IMG/VR virus record: IMGVR_UViG_3300046804_001439
Coordinates: 1-58,684 of that record
DNA: 58,684 nt
Direction: 5' to 3' (one strand)
From: a virus
Taxonomy: Duplodnaviria > Caudoviricetes
This document shows, piece after piece, positions 29,778-38,753 of this stretch. The notes under the pieces were generated by a model. It was not told the DNA's origin and did not search any database. It saw nothing but the letters and a program-made list of their open reading frames with translations. Position numbers and translations under genes: made by a program. Position 1 is the first letter of the stretch, and each line of letters begins with the position of its first letter.

Positions 29778-30050
29778 ATGAGATTAAGACATAAAATACA
29801 ACCTTTAAACTCAACAGCAATTAACCTTGTTGTAAGAGAAGCTACTGATGCAATAAACTCTATGTCTATACAAAATGTTTCTAATAGCGGTTTTGCATAT
29901 TTAGGAGCATCTGGAGTAACATCTTCTGATTATGGTATTAAATTATTTCCTGGACAAATATACACAATTGAACTAGCTCCATCAGATGACATATGGGCAG
30001 TGGGAGATTCAGGAGTCTCCGTAGCAATATTTAATATTGATAGATCATGA
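29778..30050 (+). CDS. small beta-sandwich virion-like protein
   Basis: IQN...YLG...VTSSDYGIKL pattern; TATAAT 8 nt upstream. Confidence 0.6.
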   Translation: MRLRHKIQPLNSTAINLVVREATDAINSMSIQNVSNSGFAYLGASGVTSSDYGIKLFPGQIYTIELAPSDDIWAVGDSGVSVAIFNIDRS

Positions 30051-30534
30051 ACACTTTAAATCCAGGTCCGATTCCACAACAACCTCCAGTTCATTGGAGC
30101 CCAACATTTCAAGCAACAGGGTTAACATTTACTGGTACAAATAGCACATATCCAACATATGGTTCAATATATGCCAAATCAGGATATGTTGTGACATTCT
30201 GGATACAAATAGACTTAAGTACAGTAACAAACTTTGGAACGGGACAACTAAAAGTAGATCTTCCTTATTCTCCACATGCTGGAACAATGCATCACTTCAA
30301 TGGATGGATTTGGTATGACCCAATTAATCAGTCAAACCCAGATTTAGCAAATCATATTATTCTAAACGTAGATCATCTTCCAGGATCTCAGACATTAGAT
30401 TTACATTGGCTTGGTGGAGATACTCCAACACCAAAACCAGTTAGAGAGTTTCCAGTAACTGCAAAAAGTCCGTATACTCTAACAACGGCATCTAAGATAT
30501 ACATTAACGGAACATACCTGACAGACATTCTCTG

Positions 30535-30535
<1 letters not shown>
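30047..30535 (+). CDS. fibre-tip-like protein
   Basis: WSPT...G-x-Y-x-K-x-G-x-x-V...LP...INGTY fibre C-terminal pattern; ATGA coupling. Confidence 0.55.
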
Positions 30536-30606
<71 letters not shown>

Positions 30607-30611
30607 ATTTG

Positions 30612-30684
30612 CTGGACCACCAGGGCTCGAACCTGGGACCTAGAAGTTAACAGCTTCCCGCTCTGCCGACTGAGCTATGGTCCA
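30612..30684 (-). tRNA. tRNA-Asn(GUU)
   Basis: Cloverleaf TGGACCA/TGGTCCA, anticodon loop CTGTTAA, T-loop TTCGAGC. Confidence 0.9.
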
Positions 30685-30760
30685 TGAAATATTAATTATA
30701 CTAAATATAGTGCGATTTGAAAAGTGCGCCCGAAAAAAGTGCGGCGGGACTAGAAGAGAA

Positions 30761-30776
30761 TGTTTCACATGAAACA
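30761..30776. promoter_or_regulatory. parS-like centromere site
   Basis: TGTTTCACATGAAACA, 15/16 match to chromosomal parS consensus TGTTTCACGTGAAACA, intergenic. Confidence 0.7.
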
Positions 30777-30796
30777 ATGTGGGCCATATATGATAT

Positions 30797-31099
30797 TTAC
30801 GAAGCTTTACTACGATTCCCAGAAGATCTATTTAATTTACGCATATGCGTTCTAATACGGTGACAATTGCTACATACGATCTCACATTTAGCAATTTCTT
30901 CATCTATCTTTTTCTTGGACAGAGTAGGGATTAGTTCCATTACATTTGCATGCTTTTTACCACGAACGTGGTCAAAGTCCATGACATAATATGGATATTT
31001 AATCCCACAGTCCAAACAAGGAGTCTTCTCCTTAAGCTCTCTAATATACTTAGCCAAAAAAGCCTTCTGCTTGGCTATAGAGACCTTTTCTGTCTTCAT
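30797..31099 (-). CDS. HNH endonuclease
   Basis: CLDC...DFDHV...CEIVCSNCHRIRT. Confidence 0.85.
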   Translation of the reverse strand: MKTEKVSIAKQKAFLAKYIRELKEKTPCLDCGIKYPYYVMDFDHVRGKKHANVMELIPTLSKKKIDEEIAKCEIVCSNCHRIRTHMRKLNRSSGNRSKAS

Positions 31100-31156
31100 C
31101 TTATGGTATTACCTACAAGAGGACTCATATGGCTTAATTATAGCAAGAGAGAATTT

Positions 31157-31276
31157 CTAAGCTTCCCGCCTTTTTAATTTTTCAATACAATTTACACAAT
31201 AATTCTCAAGTACACCTTTATTGTTTAATCTTTCTACATACTTGTCATTATCACAGAAATCACATTTATCATTCAT
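31157..31276 (-). CDS. 39-aa CxxC-CxxC peptide
   Basis: MNDKCDFCDNDKYVERLNNKGVLENYCVNCIEKLKRREA. Confidence 0.5.
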   Translation of the reverse strand: MNDKCDFCDNDKYVERLNNKGVLENYCVNCIEKLKRREA

Positions 31277-31286
31277 ATTAATCCTA

Positions 31287-31834
31287 GTCAACTACAATAT
31301 TAGATTTTATAAAATGTTAATAAAATTTTATTTTTTCATTTGCATGCTTTTTGATGATTGTATAGTGTCATATGGGCAAAGCCTGATCTTACTTCGATTT
31401 CCCGCCCACATTTATCACATTTTACAATCCGATTAGCAGCCATTACCGTATTATATAATTTCCTATTATTCTAGTCAACTGCTTTATATTGATATAGGTA
31501 TCTTTATATATATTATATGTTTTTTTTATTGGATACTTCCAGATTTTTGCAAAGTAAACCCTATACCCTTTTTTCAAAATCAAAAAAGGAACCCCATAAA
31601 TAGCAAGTTATAAGCTCGTATTTCAATGGTTGAACTCGTATAGAGCCACTGCACAAAATCTAGAAGATATGTTACACTTCCGTCATTCCGCCTTGAAGTT
31701 TAAACCCTTGATACTATCTCCGAAAACTGTTCAAGGTCTTTATTGTAACATAGCAAAAATTGCTAGGTCAATAGCTTTGAAAAACTTTTCTGTCAACTGC
31801 AAATCAAGATTTCTAAAATGTTAATATAATTTTA
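31287..31834. repeat. ~44-bp imperfect direct repeat bracketing AT-rich non-coding region
   Basis: GTCAACT(A/G)CAA...AGATTT..TAAAATGTTAATA(A/T)AATTTTA at 31287..31330 and 31792..31834. Confidence 0.65.
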
Positions 31835-32020
31835 ATTTGTATGATCCAGGGTTTGAAAATGTCCGATTTATCCCATTAGTGCGCCCATATGGCGTTATTT
31901 GTGGCGTATATCACAAACTTTTTTTTCAAAATGTCCGACATGTCCGATTTGCGACTTGATAAATGTCAGTGGGTAGGTATATGCTTAAGGTATAGAAAGT
32001 TAAAGAAAGGAAAACTAAAA

Positions 32021-32185
32021 ATGACTAAAGTTTTATCACATCTAGTAAGTAAATGCCAATCCTGTAATTGGACAGGCGAACCGCAGGATATATTCTGCTC
32101 AGTAGATAAATCACACAAAACAGAACAGATGTTCGCATACTATGAAAAAGAAGTAGGATATACCTACAGTAAGGAGATTATCTAA
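32021..32185 (+). CDS. early hypothetical protein (54 aa)
   Basis: RBS GAAAGGA then ATG 32021; CQSC. Confidence 0.6.
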   Translation: MTKVLSHLVSKCQSCNWTGEPQDIFCSVDKSHKTEQMFAYYEKEVGYTYSKEII

Positions 32186-32394
32186 TGAATAGTCTAAATG
32201 TAATCGTAGAACCTAACCATGATATGGCTAGTAGTAATACTAAATCTAATGAGGTATTCCGCCTCGCTAATGGAAACTATATAAGCCGTAAGGCTTATGT
32301 ATATATGGTAGCCTCAGAGGGTCTTATCTCTCACCGCTACCTATCACCTAACGAAAGCCGTTGGGTTATGGAATATAGAAAGGAAGTAGCATAA
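32185..32394 (+). CDS. early hypothetical protein
   Basis: TAATG coupling, RBS AAGGAG. Confidence 0.65.
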   Translation: MNSLNVIVEPNHDMASSNTKSNEVFRLANGNYISRKAYVYMVASEGLISHRYLSPNESRWVMEYRKEVA

Positions 32395-32588
32395 TGTCTG
32401 CTAACTTATACAATATAGAAAGCTTACTAGTAGGTAAGCGTTATCGTAGTCGCTCTGTTGAGGGCGAAATCGTATCTGCTGAAAAGCATCCTAAAGCCGT
32501 ATGGTATCAAGATGCTGAGGCGTATCTAGTAGAGATACGCAAGAATAGCGGGGGATATACCTACCGCACAGTAGCCGTTAGCGTGTGA
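32394..32588 (+). CDS. early hypothetical protein, paralog of 34412..34618
   Basis: MSANLYNIESLL...AVWY...YLVEIR...RTVAV. Confidence 0.7.
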   Translation: MSANLYNIESLLVGKRYRSRSVEGEIVSAEKHPKAVWYQDAEAYLVEIRKNSGGYTYRTVAVSV

Positions 32589-32689
32589 GGTATCTCACAC
32601 CTAATAGGTAGCGTGTCGGCTTGATAATGTCGGTCAAGTCTGATAGTCTAACGACATAACAAAATAAGAACTAAACGAAAAGGAATAAA

Positions 32690-32854
32690 ATGAAAATCAC
32701 TTACTCAGTATGGCAAGGCTCAATTTGTAAGGGCACAGGATTTACCGCTAAGAAAATGTCAGAGGTAATGGATACAATAAAGGAACTAAACAGCACAGAT
32801 GTAAAGCCTAAGTTTGAGGCGTTCATCTCTAAAGTAGAACAGGAAGTAAAGTAA
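32690..32854 (+). CDS. early hypothetical protein (54 aa)
   Basis: MKITYSVWQGS...; RBS AAACGAAAAGGA. Confidence 0.6.
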   Translation: MKITYSVWQGSICKGTGFTAKKMSEVMDTIKELNSTDVKPKFEAFISKVEQEVK

Positions 32855-33042
32855 TGATGACTAAGTGGGATAGTATTCAAGCAGATGTAGCGGATGCCTA
32901 TGTTTGGATGGATGAAGAAGAACAGTATGAAAAACTAATAAAAGAAGAAGAAGATATTTTCGGATTTGCTAAAGCGATTGAAATTGACCACCTAACAGAT
33001 GAAGAAGTAGATGAAGTATTTGATATGTTTGGAGATAAATAA
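32854..33042 (+). CDS. acidic early protein
   Basis: 62 aa, D/E-rich, TAATG coupling. Confidence 0.65.
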   Translation: MMTKWDSIQADVADAYVWMDEEEQYEKLIKEEEDIFGFAKAIEIDHLTDEEVDEVFDMFGDK

Positions 33043-33171
33043 ATGACTATGAATAGACTACTAACTACCGCCGTTCAATTAGTAATGCTAGGCGTTACTA
33101 TTCCGCTAGTATATGCGACATATAAAGACATAAAAGAAAATGGGTTATTTGGTGATATAAATCACAAATAA
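33043..33171 (+). CDS. 42-aa membrane peptide
   Basis: MTMNRLLTTAVQLVMLGVTIPLVYATYK...; RBS GGAG. Confidence 0.55.
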   Translation: MTMNRLLTTAVQLVMLGVTIPLVYATYKDIKENGLFGDINHK

Positions 33172-33398
33172 TAATCGGCGTGTCGGTTTGACTTTTGTCA
33201 GATCGGCCCGCAGTCTTTTGCGGGCGTTATCCACAGGTTTATGCACAGCTGTGGAAAACCCTGAAGTTTTGAGCGCAAGTTATCCACATGACCTAAATCA
33301 CAAAAATAGTTTTGCGACACGCCCGAAAAACACCCCAAAATGTCAGTGGTCTATGTTAGGATACTAGGTATCAAGATAAAAAAAGAAAGGTGGTCAAA

Positions 33399-33590
33399 AT
33401 GACTACACTAAAATACGAAATCCGAGAGATTACTCTCGCAAATGTTTCCGATGAGGAAGCAAATCAAATTGTTTGCGTTTTCTGCGATGATTACGCTTCA
33501 GATACTTTCTGCGGAAAGTGTAATGAATACAAAGGTCTTATGACGCTTGGTGAATGGTTATCTTATACAAATGAAAGTTGGTTAGCATAA
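33399..33590 (+). CDS. early Zn-finger protein
   Basis: CVFC...CGKCNEYKG; RBS GAAAGGTGG. Confidence 0.65.
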   Translation: MTTLKYEIREITLANVSDEEANQIVCVFCDDYASDTFCGKCNEYKGLMTLGEWLSYTNESWLA

Positions 33591-33697
33591 TGAATTTAGA
33601 TGAATTTAGAAATTATGTTCTCGCTCAGCGAGAGGCTTCTAAAAAAGAAGCAATTGAAATTTTATCCGCTACTATAAAGAAAGAGGTATCTGAATAA
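33590..33697 (+). CDS. 35-aa early peptide
   Basis: MNLDEFRNYVLAQREASKKEA...; TAATG coupling on both sides. Confidence 0.55.
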   Translation: MNLDEFRNYVLAQREASKKEAIEILSATIKKEVSE

Positions 33698-33819
33698 TGG
33701 GATACATAGAAATTTTTCGCCTTGATGAACAAGGTGCTGGTTGGGTTGATTTATCAGAAGCCACTTCTGATGAATTACTAAATTTAGAAATTGGTTTATT
33801 TCAGGAAGGTGCTATCTAA
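33697..33819 (+). CDS. 40-aa acidic early peptide
   Basis: MGYIEIFRLDEQGAGWVDLSEAT...; RBS GAGG. Confidence 0.6.
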   Translation: MGYIEIFRLDEQGAGWVDLSEATSDELLNLEIGLFQEGAI

Positions 33820-34001
33820 TGACTATAACAATTGGTGGATTAGGAAAACAAATTTCCGTTTATTGTTTTGTATGTTCTGAACAAATGTCTCATTGGTGCG
33901 TTGCTAGCAGCGGTTCAATTCGCTATGAATGGAAATGCGAACCTTGCGAATTATCTTTGAAATCAGATCGATTTGGAAATGCTAAATTAATTTCTAAATA
34001 A
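33819..34001 (+). CDS. early Zn-ribbon protein
   Basis: CFVC...CEPC. Confidence 0.6.
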   Translation: MTITIGGLGKQISVYCFVCSEQMSHWCVASSGSIRYEWKCEPCELSLKSDRFGNAKLISK

Positions 34002-34221
34002 CGGCGTGTCGACTTGACAAAGTCGATTTCGCCCGCAAAAGCTATGGGGGCGATTTGTCTGTTATGTCCGATTTATGAATTTCCCTGAAAATTCCTGGAT
34101 CTTGTGATTTTTATCACACGACACGCCGTCTCATTTCTTGAGACTACCCGTCAGTATACTTGATAGTAGCGATTTTTTTTGTTAAACTAACGATAGTTAA
34201 AAATTAGAAAGGAATTAAATT

Positions 34222-34314
34222 ATGTCAGATTTTTTAGATTATTTAGATGAAATTTACGAGGAACTCGTAGATGAATTTGGTCATGAAATCGAATCGAATT
34301 GTATTCATGATTGA
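34222..34314 (+). CDS. 30-aa highly acidic peptide
   Basis: MSDFLDYLDEIYEELVDEFGHEIESNCIHD; own promoter TTGATA-N17-TAAACT and RBS GAAAGGA. Confidence 0.6.
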   Translation: MSDFLDYLDEIYEELVDEFGHEIESNCIHD

Positions 34315-34411
34315 TCAAATGTGATGTAAATCACAACCACGCTTCGGCGTGGCAACCCGAAAATGTCAGACCCGTTTGCTATAATTGCGAACATAAAGAA
34401 AGGAAAACTAA

Positions 34412-34618
34412 ATGTCAGCAAATGTCTATTCAATTGAAAGCCTATTAGAGGGCAAATACTATCGCTCAAATTCAGTAAGCGGAGAAATTACTCACGCCGA
34501 AAAAGATAATCGTGCCGTATGGTATGGAGAAAATTGCGAGAGTTATCTCGTAGAAATCCGACCTGATTATGGTTTCAAAAAAGTTTGGCGAACTTTGGCG
34601 GTGCGTGTCGCCGACTAA
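34412..34618 (+). CDS. early hypothetical protein, paralog of 32394..32588
   Basis: MSANVYSIESLL...AVWY...YLVEIR...RTLAV. Confidence 0.7.
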   Translation: MSANVYSIESLLEGKYYRSNSVSGEITHAEKDNRAVWYGENCESYLVEIRPDYGFKKVWRTLAVRVAD

Positions 34619-34670
34619 ATGTCGGTGGCTTCCGCTATAATACAATTACTAAAACGAAAGGAAAACTAAA

Positions 34671-34820
34671 ATGAGCAAAATGAAAAATGCGATTGAAGAA
34701 ATTCTAAATTGCGAGATTTGTGAGGGCACAGGAATTTCTAGCGGTTGGGTATCACCTGACGGAGATTATGATTTTGAGTGGTGCGATTGTAATCCACACC
34801 ACCTAAGCGTGGCGGAATAA
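34671..34820 (+). CDS. 49-aa Zn-finger peptide
   Basis: CEICEGTG...WCDCNP; RBS AAAACGAAAGGA. Confidence 0.65.
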   Translation: MSKMKNAIEEILNCEICEGTGISSGWVSPDGDYDFEWCDCNPHHLSVAE

Positions 34821-34821
34821 A

Positions 34822-34935
34822 ATGGAAATTTTTATCTGCGACAACTGCTCAACACTAGCCACCTTGTCGGTGGTTGGTGATACAATTCAACTAACAAAAT
34901 GTAAATGCGTAAATGAAAGGGAAACTAATGTATAA
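34822..34935 (+). CDS. 37-aa Cys-rich peptide containing an embedded early promoter
   Basis: MEIFICDNCSTLATLSVVGDTIQLTKCKC... Confidence 0.45.
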   Translation: MEIFICDNCSTLATLSVVGDTIQLTKCKCVNERETNV

Positions 34936-35131
34936 AATAACTTGCGCCTATGATGAAAACGCTCCGCATTGGAGTAAAGAATACTCAGATGAACTAAATG
35001 CTCACGAGGAGTTTGCTAAATTTGTTGATTGGGGATTTGCTGAGGAATACGCAACAATAAACCTATTCACACCTAGCGGAAAATGCTACACCAAAATTTT
35101 TCACCGAAACGGAAAGGTAGTAAAGCGATAA
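34928..35131 (+). CDS. early hypothetical protein
   Basis: MYKITCAYD...; RBS GAAAGGGA. Confidence 0.65.
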   Translation: MYKITCAYDENAPHWSKEYSDELNAHEEFAKFVDWGFAEEYATINLFTPSGKCYTKIFHRNGKVVKR

Positions 35132-35319
35132 TGATGACGAGAAAAGACTATGTAGCAACTGCGGAAATTCTAAACTATGTTTCCGATAAAACACACCCAG
35201 CCGTTTTTTCTAAAATGGTTGTAGATTTTGCGGAGATGTTTGCGAAAGATAATCCACGATTTGACGCTAATCGTTTTTATTCCGCAAGCAATTACAAGAT
35301 ACCAAGTTTCAAAAACTAA
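35131..35319 (+). CDS. early hypothetical protein (MTRKDY...DNPRFD family)
   Basis: Recurring small phage protein motif; TAATG coupling. Confidence 0.7.
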   Translation: MMTRKDYVATAEILNYVSDKTHPAVFSKMVVDFAEMFAKDNPRFDANRFYSASNYKIPSFKN

Positions 35320-35337
35320 AAATGAAAAGGACAGAAA

Positions 35338-35472
35338 ATGAAAAACCTAGAAAGAATAAAACGAGTTTTGGAAATTCGCCGTAGTAATGCGGCGCAACCA
35401 ATTCCAAGCAAAAAACAATATAAAAGAAAACCAAAAAATAAACGAGAGGAAAAAATAGAATGGCAACGCTAA
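35338..35472 (+). CDS. 44-aa very basic peptide
   Basis: MKNLERIKRVLEIRRSNAAQPIPSKKQYKRKPKNK...; RBS AAAGGA. Confidence 0.6.
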   Translation: MKNLERIKRVLEIRRSNAAQPIPSKKQYKRKPKNKREEKIEWQR

Positions 35473-35693
35473 AACCAGGGAGCAAAGGCTACCAAACTGC
35501 TATGGCTACAATTAGAAATAATGCTATAAGAAAACTAATTGCTAACCATGAAACTGAATATAAGAAATACTATACAGCAGAAGCAAAAAAAGCTGGTGTG
35601 TATAAGTATTCAAAGCAGCGTGTTCTTGTTTTAGAAAAACAACTAAAGCAATTACAAACAGAAATTAGAAAGCAAAAACAAATCGCAAAATAA
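35460..35693 (+). CDS. basic coiled-coil early protein
   Basis: 77 aa; RBS GAGG. Confidence 0.6.
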   Translation: MATLKPGSKGYQTAMATIRNNAIRKLIANHETEYKKYYTAEAKKAGVYKYSKQRVLVLEKQLKQLQTEIRKQKQIAK

Positions 35694-35872
35694 TTTCTAT
35701 TTGCCCCGTTGACAAAACGGGGTAAATGCCCGCAACTACGTGTGGGGGCCCAAAGCTCGTTACGTCAAGATCCGACACACCCTGAAAATTTGTGAAATTT
35801 CTCACACAAAATAAATTTGAAAAATGTCAGTCCAAACTGCTATAATGGCGGTTTCAAACGAAAGGAACTTCA

Positions 35873-36370
35873 ATGGGTTTAGATATGTATCTCTCTGCTC
35901 GTAAATATGTAAATAAAATAGATTGGTCTATTCTTGATAAACAAGAAGAAACTGATTATGCTGCTGCCACTTTTTCACAATGGAATGATATTGTAAATGC
36001 TGCTGGCTTAAATCATGTAGCAGATGAAAAAGATATTTATGGCGTAAGTGTTAGCGTAAATGCTGCTTATTGGCGCAAGGCTAATGCTATTCATAAATGG
36101 TTTGTCGATAATGTACAAGACGGGGAAGATAATTGCCAAGAGTTTTATGTATCTCATGCTCAATTAAAAGAGTTACTTACTACTTGCCGTCAAGCGTTAC
36201 TTCATAAAGACCCTAAAGAATTAATGCCCTCTTCAGGTTTCTTCTTTGGCTCATATGATATCGACGAATATTATTGGGGTCAGATAAAGGGAACTATCAA
36301 GCAATTGTCCAAATTGACCGAATTGCCTGATTTTGAAGAATTGTCCTTTTACTATCAGTCGTCGTGGTAA
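35873..36370 (+). CDS. conserved phage protein (MGLDMY...YWRKANAIH family)
   Basis: MGLDMYL, YWRKANAIHKWF, GFFFG, YQSSW motifs. Confidence 0.8.
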   Translation: MGLDMYLSARKYVNKIDWSILDKQEETDYAAATFSQWNDIVNAAGLNHVADEKDIYGVSVSVNAAYWRKANAIHKWFVDNVQDGEDNCQEFYVSHAQLKELLTTCRQALLHKDPKELMPSSGFFFGSYDIDEYYWGQIKGTIKQLSKLTELPDFEELSFYYQSSW

Positions 36371-36420
36371 TCTGTCAGTACCCCCTGCTATAATATCCGC
36401 ATAAACGAAAGGAAAAACTT

Positions 36421-36570
36421 ATGTGTGCCGTATGCTATGGAAATGCTCATGGGCTAACTGCCTATTCTATCAAGCCTAATAATCTATGTGTAATCCACTA
36501 TCAAGAATGGGCTCATGAAAAAACTTTTGACGAATTGGAAGGTACTCATGACTATTTTGAACTCTGCTAA
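36421..36570 (+). CDS. 49-aa Cys/His peptide
   Basis: MCAVC...CVIH; extended RBS upstream. Confidence 0.55.
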   Translation: MCAVCYGNAHGLTAYSIKPNNLCVIHYQEWAHEKTFDELEGTHDYFELC

Positions 36571-37288
36571 ATTAAAACGCTCTAACGATAGAAAGGTCGC
36601 TAATGCCGTCTCTAAAAATGGAAAAACCCCAACAATTGCCAACACCTTTGGATTACCCGCAGGAAAAAATTTCTCATGTCCTGGTGCAACGTCTATCTGT
36701 GAGACTGTTTGCTATGCTGGAAAATTGGAGAAAGTATACAAGGGAGTAAGGGCTAATCTCTTACACAACTGGGAATTGCTACGCAATGCAGATATGGATA
36801 CCATGCTGCTATTGCTAGATGAAATGATTGTTGACTTTGTTAACGATTGTGAAAAAAAGTCTGCAGATAAATTATTCCGTATCCACTGGGACGGAGATTT
36901 CTTTAATGATACCTACGCATATGCGTGGAAGACTGTTATCTCTAATCATCCCGATGTTCAGTTTTGGGTATATACACGAGTAAAGTCTGCAGCGCTTATT
37001 CTTAAGGATATTCCTAACCTATCTCTTTATTTTTCTACCGACGATGAAAATAAAGATACTGGACACGAATTAAAAAAGAATAATAATAATATCCGCCTTG
37101 CCTATTTAGGAAAAACTTTTGCTGTCACCGAAAGTACGATGAAAGAATTAACTGGCAAGCCTGGTGCAAAATGTCCCGAAAATAATAAAAGTATTCCGTT
37201 AATTTCTACTAACGGCTCTGCATGTGTATCATGTGGATTATGTGTTTATGGAAAAGCAGATGTTAGATTTAGCGCAACTAAAAAATGA
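36548..37288 (+). CDS. Gp88-family (radical-SAM-like) protein
   Basis: CPGATSICETVCYA, FRIHWDGDF, FWVYTR, C-terminal CP...CVSCGLC. Confidence 0.7.
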   Translation: MTILNSAKLKRSNDRKVANAVSKNGKTPTIANTFGLPAGKNFSCPGATSICETVCYAGKLEKVYKGVRANLLHNWELLRNADMDTMLLLLDEMIVDFVNDCEKKSADKLFRIHWDGDFFNDTYAYAWKTVISNHPDVQFWVYTRVKSAALILKDIPNLSLYFSTDDENKDTGHELKKNNNNIRLAYLGKTFAVTESTMKELTGKPGAKCPENNKSIPLISTNGSACVSCGLCVYGKADVRFSATKK

Positions 37289-37298
37289 GGAGATAAAA

Positions 37299-37412
37299 AT
37301 GAAATACTTTAACGCATTAATGGCCACGGTCCTTGGTGATGAAGATCAGCGTGAAGCTGCGTTACAATATTTAAAAGAAGTAGATCCAGAAATTTGGGGC
37401 CAGGAGGAATAA
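37299..37412 (+). CDS. 37-aa hypothetical peptide
   Basis: RBS GAGGAG; MKYFNALMATVLGDEDQREAAL... Confidence 0.55.
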   Translation: MKYFNALMATVLGDEDQREAALQYLKEVDPEIWGQEE

Positions 37413-37575
37413 AGGGCCCGCAAGTATGTGCGGGGTTTTCCACAGGCTTACGGGTAAATTGTGGATAACCCTAGATTTTGTGAGAAATCTCACAAAGCTG
37501 CGACACGCCGATAATGGATTAGTAAATGTCGGTGGCTTAGGCTATAATTGCGCTATCAACAAACGAAAGGTAAAA

Positions 37576-37827
37576 ATGAAAGATATGACTAGATGGGCAT
37601 TATTCCCATTCACAGTTGACGGAGTAGAATTCGTATCCAAATTAGATATCGAAGGCTCAATGTATCAGCAAGTAAAAAAAGTGCCTGCTCATGTATTTAA
37701 TTCTATGAACGAAAGCGCTATCCGTGAGTTAGTCGGTAAAGTCTCTCTCATGTCTAGAGATGAAATTCAGGTAGAACTAGACCGTGTTAATGAAGGCTAT
37801 CAACAGGCTTATATAGCCCTAGCGTAA
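37576..37827 (+). CDS. early hypothetical protein
   Basis: Start after AAACGAAAGG RBS. Confidence 0.65.
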   Translation: MKDMTRWALFPFTVDGVEFVSKLDIEGSMYQQVKKVPAHVFNSMNESAIRELVGKVSLMSRDEIQVELDRVNEGYQQAYIALA

Positions 37828-37881
37828 TAATGTCGGTGGGTAGGTGTATAATCTACCCACCGCAACAACGAAAGGAAAAAA

Positions 37882-38157
37882 ATGTTATCAACCGCTATTG
37901 AAATCTTAGATGTAACTAGAGATAGTATCTTTGACGACGACATAATGGGATTAGCAGGCGAACTACACACACGCCGAAACGAACTCTCAGATGAAATCTA
38001 TGCTAAGTATTTATTTATGTATTCATCGGCTATTGCTAGTAAAGTAGCAGACGGAGTAACTAAAGTATTACTAACAGAACAACAAATGTCCGACCTTATT
38101 GCTACAATAGAGGAAATGGACAACCTATCCGAAACTATCTTAGAGGAGAACGAATAA
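37882..38157 (+). CDS. acidic early protein
   Basis: 91 aa; extended RBS. Confidence 0.7.
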   Translation: MLSTAIEILDVTRDSIFDDDIMGLAGELHTRRNELSDEIYAKYLFMYSSAIASKVADGVTKVLLTEQQMSDLIATIEEMDNLSETILEENE

Positions 38158-38433
38158 ATGGGAAGTAATCTCGCTTATGACCTTGCGTCAGATGAACTAG
38201 GCTTAGACTTAGAAACTGCTATTGGCTATCACTTACAGGGTAATCATTACCCACCCGTCCCGCTATCTATGGTCGAACCTTGTATTGAGGCTATTGACGC
38301 TTATTGGGACGAGGACTATAACAAACTGATCGAAATGCCTAAAGGTGTAACTTATCGTGGAGATAGATACGCACCCGCTCACGCTATTGTGGAACAGCAC
38401 CACTTAGATGCGTGGCTACCGAATTGTGACTAA
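38158..38433 (+). CDS. early hypothetical protein (HL-x-GNHYPPVP family)
   Basis: RBS GAGGAG; IVEQHHLDAW end. Confidence 0.7.
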   Translation: MGSNLAYDLASDELGLDLETAIGYHLQGNHYPPVPLSMVEPCIEAIDAYWDEDYNKLIEMPKGVTYRGDRYAPAHAIVEQHHLDAWLPNCD

Positions 38434-38503
38434 AATCACATAGGCAGAGGATACCGCTTGTCGGTGGCTTCTGCTATAATCAACCCCTAACGAAAGGAAA
38501 AAA

Positions 38504-38653
38504 ATGAACACACTAGAAATCGGACAGACAATCACAACCGCAAAAAGCGGTGTTGTCGGAGTAATCAAGGCAGTAGATAACCACCCAAGCGGTGTAAGTC
38601 GTGTATTGCTTGATGTTGATGGAACAGAACGCTGGACAAGCGTATCTAACTAA
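38504..38653 (+). CDS. 49-aa beta-rich (SH3-like) peptide
   Basis: MNTLEIGQTITTAKSGVVGVIKAVD...RWTSV; extended RBS. Confidence 0.6.
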   Translation: MNTLEIGQTITTAKSGVVGVIKAVDNHPSGVSRVLLDVDGTERWTSVSN

Positions 38654-38662
38654 ATAAAGATA

Positions 38663-38689
38663 AGACCTGAGTAAGTCTATAAACTACTC
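38663..38689 (+). ncRNA. compact H-type pseudoknot, copy 1
   Basis: P1 AGAC/GTCT, loop CTGAGTAA, P2 GAGTA/TACTC. Confidence 0.6.
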
Positions 38690-38753
38690 CACAACTTTGT
38701 CGGTGGTATCCGCTATACTATCGGCTCAACAACCAACTAACGAAAGGAAACAA

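Noticed and set aside
31221-31824. ORFs 31221..31436 and 31630..31824
   Set aside because: TTG starts without RBS in AT-rich repeat-bearing DNA; treated as non-coding
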